Shown here piece after piece: positions 61,561 to 64,000 of a stretch of 64,000 nucleotides of DNA (the first letter of the stretch is position 1; every line of letters starts with the position of its first letter). The notes beneath the pieces are model-generated. The model did no database searches and was not told the origin of the DNA. It saw only the letters and a list, made by a program, of their open reading frames with translations. Where the stretch lies: NCBI GenBank assembly GCA_964016885.1, contig OZ024740.1, forward strand, positions 52,824,001-52,888,000. The letters run 5' to 3'. Origin of the DNA: Eledone cirrhosa. Taxonomy: Eukaryota. Made by a program: the position numbers and the translations under genes.

Positions 61561-62054
61561 CTGCAGATAATAATATATATTGTTTAATGTCTATTCTTAT
61601 ACAAAACTGCGTAATTTGACGGCCGCAGCTTGAAAAGTCCGTCTCACCCATACTCATATTTATAGCGAGTTAGGCGTTGGAAAATATGGATGGTGTCTGA
61701 GATAGGGATTATGGGAGATGTCTTTGTTCTAATATAGACATTTAGTTCATGATTGACTTTGTTATAACGAATGAATTATTTAGGATTTTGAAAATAGTAA
61801 AAAGGTCGAAGTGTTAGGTGTCATTACGTTTATTGGGTTGTGACGCACGTTTCGCAAATGATAAGCTCAAGTTTTGATCTGTATCGATCTGGTCCGACTC
61901 TGGAATCAAAAGCCCGTCGGACTTCCGTTATGGTAATGACAACATTACACTCTGCTTAGTACTACATCAATATACCTACTAGAAGCTACGCATCGAGAAC
62001 TCACTCTGGTGAACCCACAGTAGCTCATATATGAGAGTGAATATATATATATAT

Positions 62055-62200
62055 GGAACCGACCTGTTGACGGACTCGAAAATGAGTACTCAATACCGAA
62101 GTAAAGTTTAATAATAGTCTTTATTATAGCTAAGTGTTTCTAAGGATCATCAGACAAGACAGACATCATCTTGACTGATGATCCTCCTTGATCACTTTCT
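62055..62200. mobile_element. Possible family Q hammerhead fold-back remnant
   Basis: Minus reads CTGATGA-TCCTTA-GAAA-CAC plus TATTGAGTACTC. Short inverted pair AGGATCATCAGACAAGA / TCTTGACTGATGATCCT. Confidence 0.4.
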
Positions 62201-62791
62201 GGTAATGAGGATTAAGTGATTTCCTACAGCAATTCCGGAGGTTGTGGTGCTCTAAGAATAGCAGTATCTTCTGTGATTTGTTGTCAATGTCTCTTCTGCT
62301 ATGTCTCCGCCTTTGCTGCTTCTCTAGGCAGAAAACCGTAACTGTCACAATTGTTTTCTGTTGACTCGCGCACTGTGGTGCAAGTTTGCAAGTTTATGAG
62401 CGGGTTTTAATCTTATTCTTTTTATTTGTCACTTGACTTTGTCCCCAATCTCGAAAGACAGACATGACAATACATTTTACTTTGCCGAATTGACAAAACG
62501 CATATCACGTACATTAGCACGTGTTTGCTTTAGTTCATTTTTAGAATGTATACTAAAGCACCCTACCAATCTTTGCAAGGGAAAAGTATGTAGTTTCTTA
62601 TTTCCGCATTCTTTTTTTTTTTAAAAGGAAAGACTTGCGATAAGAAAAATGAGTTTTTGTGACAGAGTTGTTCCAATTTGTGTTTCTAACACAAACCCAA
62701 CTATGTTTAAAATTTCTCTGATGCACGCAACATACATACATACTTACAGTCATACATACATACATACATACATAAACACACACACCTATAG

Positions 62792-62883
<92 letters not shown>

Positions 62884-63696
62884 ACATGCACCCCCCCCAC
62901 ACACACATATATAATCTCTCTTTTGATATCTGATGGTATGTAAGCAAAATTGAGCTATAGATAACACATTTCCATTTTCATCTAGATCAAAGACTAGGCA
63001 AAAGATACGTAGTACTGATATAATTTCAGTGTGTATGTACATCACAGGAATAATTGCAGCTATATACCTCCAATGTTATTCATTTTGGTGACCTCAGGGC
63101 TCTTTTACCGGGCATCTAAGAGAAAATAATATAATTTCCTACATATTTCCTGCCAGTGATTATTAGTTAAAAAATATTAACTATATTTAATGATTTAAAA
63201 AAGGATATTACTTTAAAATTATTCAAATATTGCTTCCATTTTGGTAAAAATAAATGTTAATGATATTTTCATTTAAAAAATCAAACAAATTATTTGCGCT
63301 TTAATATTTACTTTTACAAGTTTACAGGTTTCAGTCGTACTGTGGCCATGCATCACGTTCTAGGGTAAAGGGTTGTTTATATTGACCCTAATATTTTAAC
63401 TGGTACTTAGGTTATCGACTGCGGAAGAACGTAAAGCAAGGTTCACCTGTTTTGAAAGAGAAGTAATCCATTAACACAAAATAATTTTGTTCGACGCTCC
63501 GGTCGTAATTCATCCATTTGCATATAGTGCAAACTTGAATGGCGAAAGGGAAGTAATTAAAAGTGACACTCACATAGGTGATGCTTAATACGTAAAATCC
63601 ATATAAGTATTAGTTTATTTTGTCTTAGTAGCGAAAAAGTAAATATGACTAATGGCGGATAAAAATCCAGAAATATCTATCTGGCATTATCACTGG

Positions 63697-63880
63697 ATTG
63701 TCAGTATCGATAGCGGGTCGGACGCCATGCTTTGCAACAAAAGAGTTACAGCCCCTTATGGTCTGAGTTCAAATCCCGCCAAGGTTAACTTTGCCTTTCA
63801 TCCTTACGGGGTCGATAAAATAAAGTACCAGTAATACACTGAGATAACTGCTGGCCTTGTGCCAAAAGTAGAAACAATTA
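63697..63880 (+). mobile_element. S1 SINE
   Basis: B-box and body. Confidence 0.85.
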
Positions 63881-64000
63881 TCACTGCTATTGAGATACCT
63901 GTGATCATGATCACAGCCCCTAAAAAATTCAAAGCGAGAATCGAATCTCGTCTGTTTATTATACATAAATATATATCGTATTCGCTTTCATATACACCCT

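Overview
Animal intergenic or intronic DNA dominated by microsatellites ((TA)n, (CA)n, (TATG)n, (ATCT)n, (CT)n). It is most likely cephalopod (octopus-like), inferred from repeat content and SINE types. No host gene can be supported, and nearly all listed ORFs are microsatellite translations. Real coding content is retroelement-derived: a Tx1-like (L1 clade) LINE with an intact 1145-aa APE-RT-zinc-finger ORF2 (21299-24736), about 8 truncated relatives, nearly all bounded by (ATCT)n, a 5'-truncated Naiad-type Penelope-like element (PLE) with a GIY-YIG endonuclease (2347-2976), and RTE and R4/Dong remnants. There are also many tRNA-derived SINEs. The main hidden signal is about a dozen unrelated non-coding element families (my labels A-Q) embedded in (TA)n tracts. 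Most carry a type I hammerhead ribozyme (CTGANGA...GAAA with pairable stems I-III). Most are fold-back palindromes, whose turn point often lies at the ribozyme. Several form ~480-640-nt tandem units (retrozyme-like), and several share a 3' motif, ACTC...T(T/C)GAGTRC. One family has a U3-A8 covariant core. All folds and alignments were done by eye, and element boundaries are approximate.
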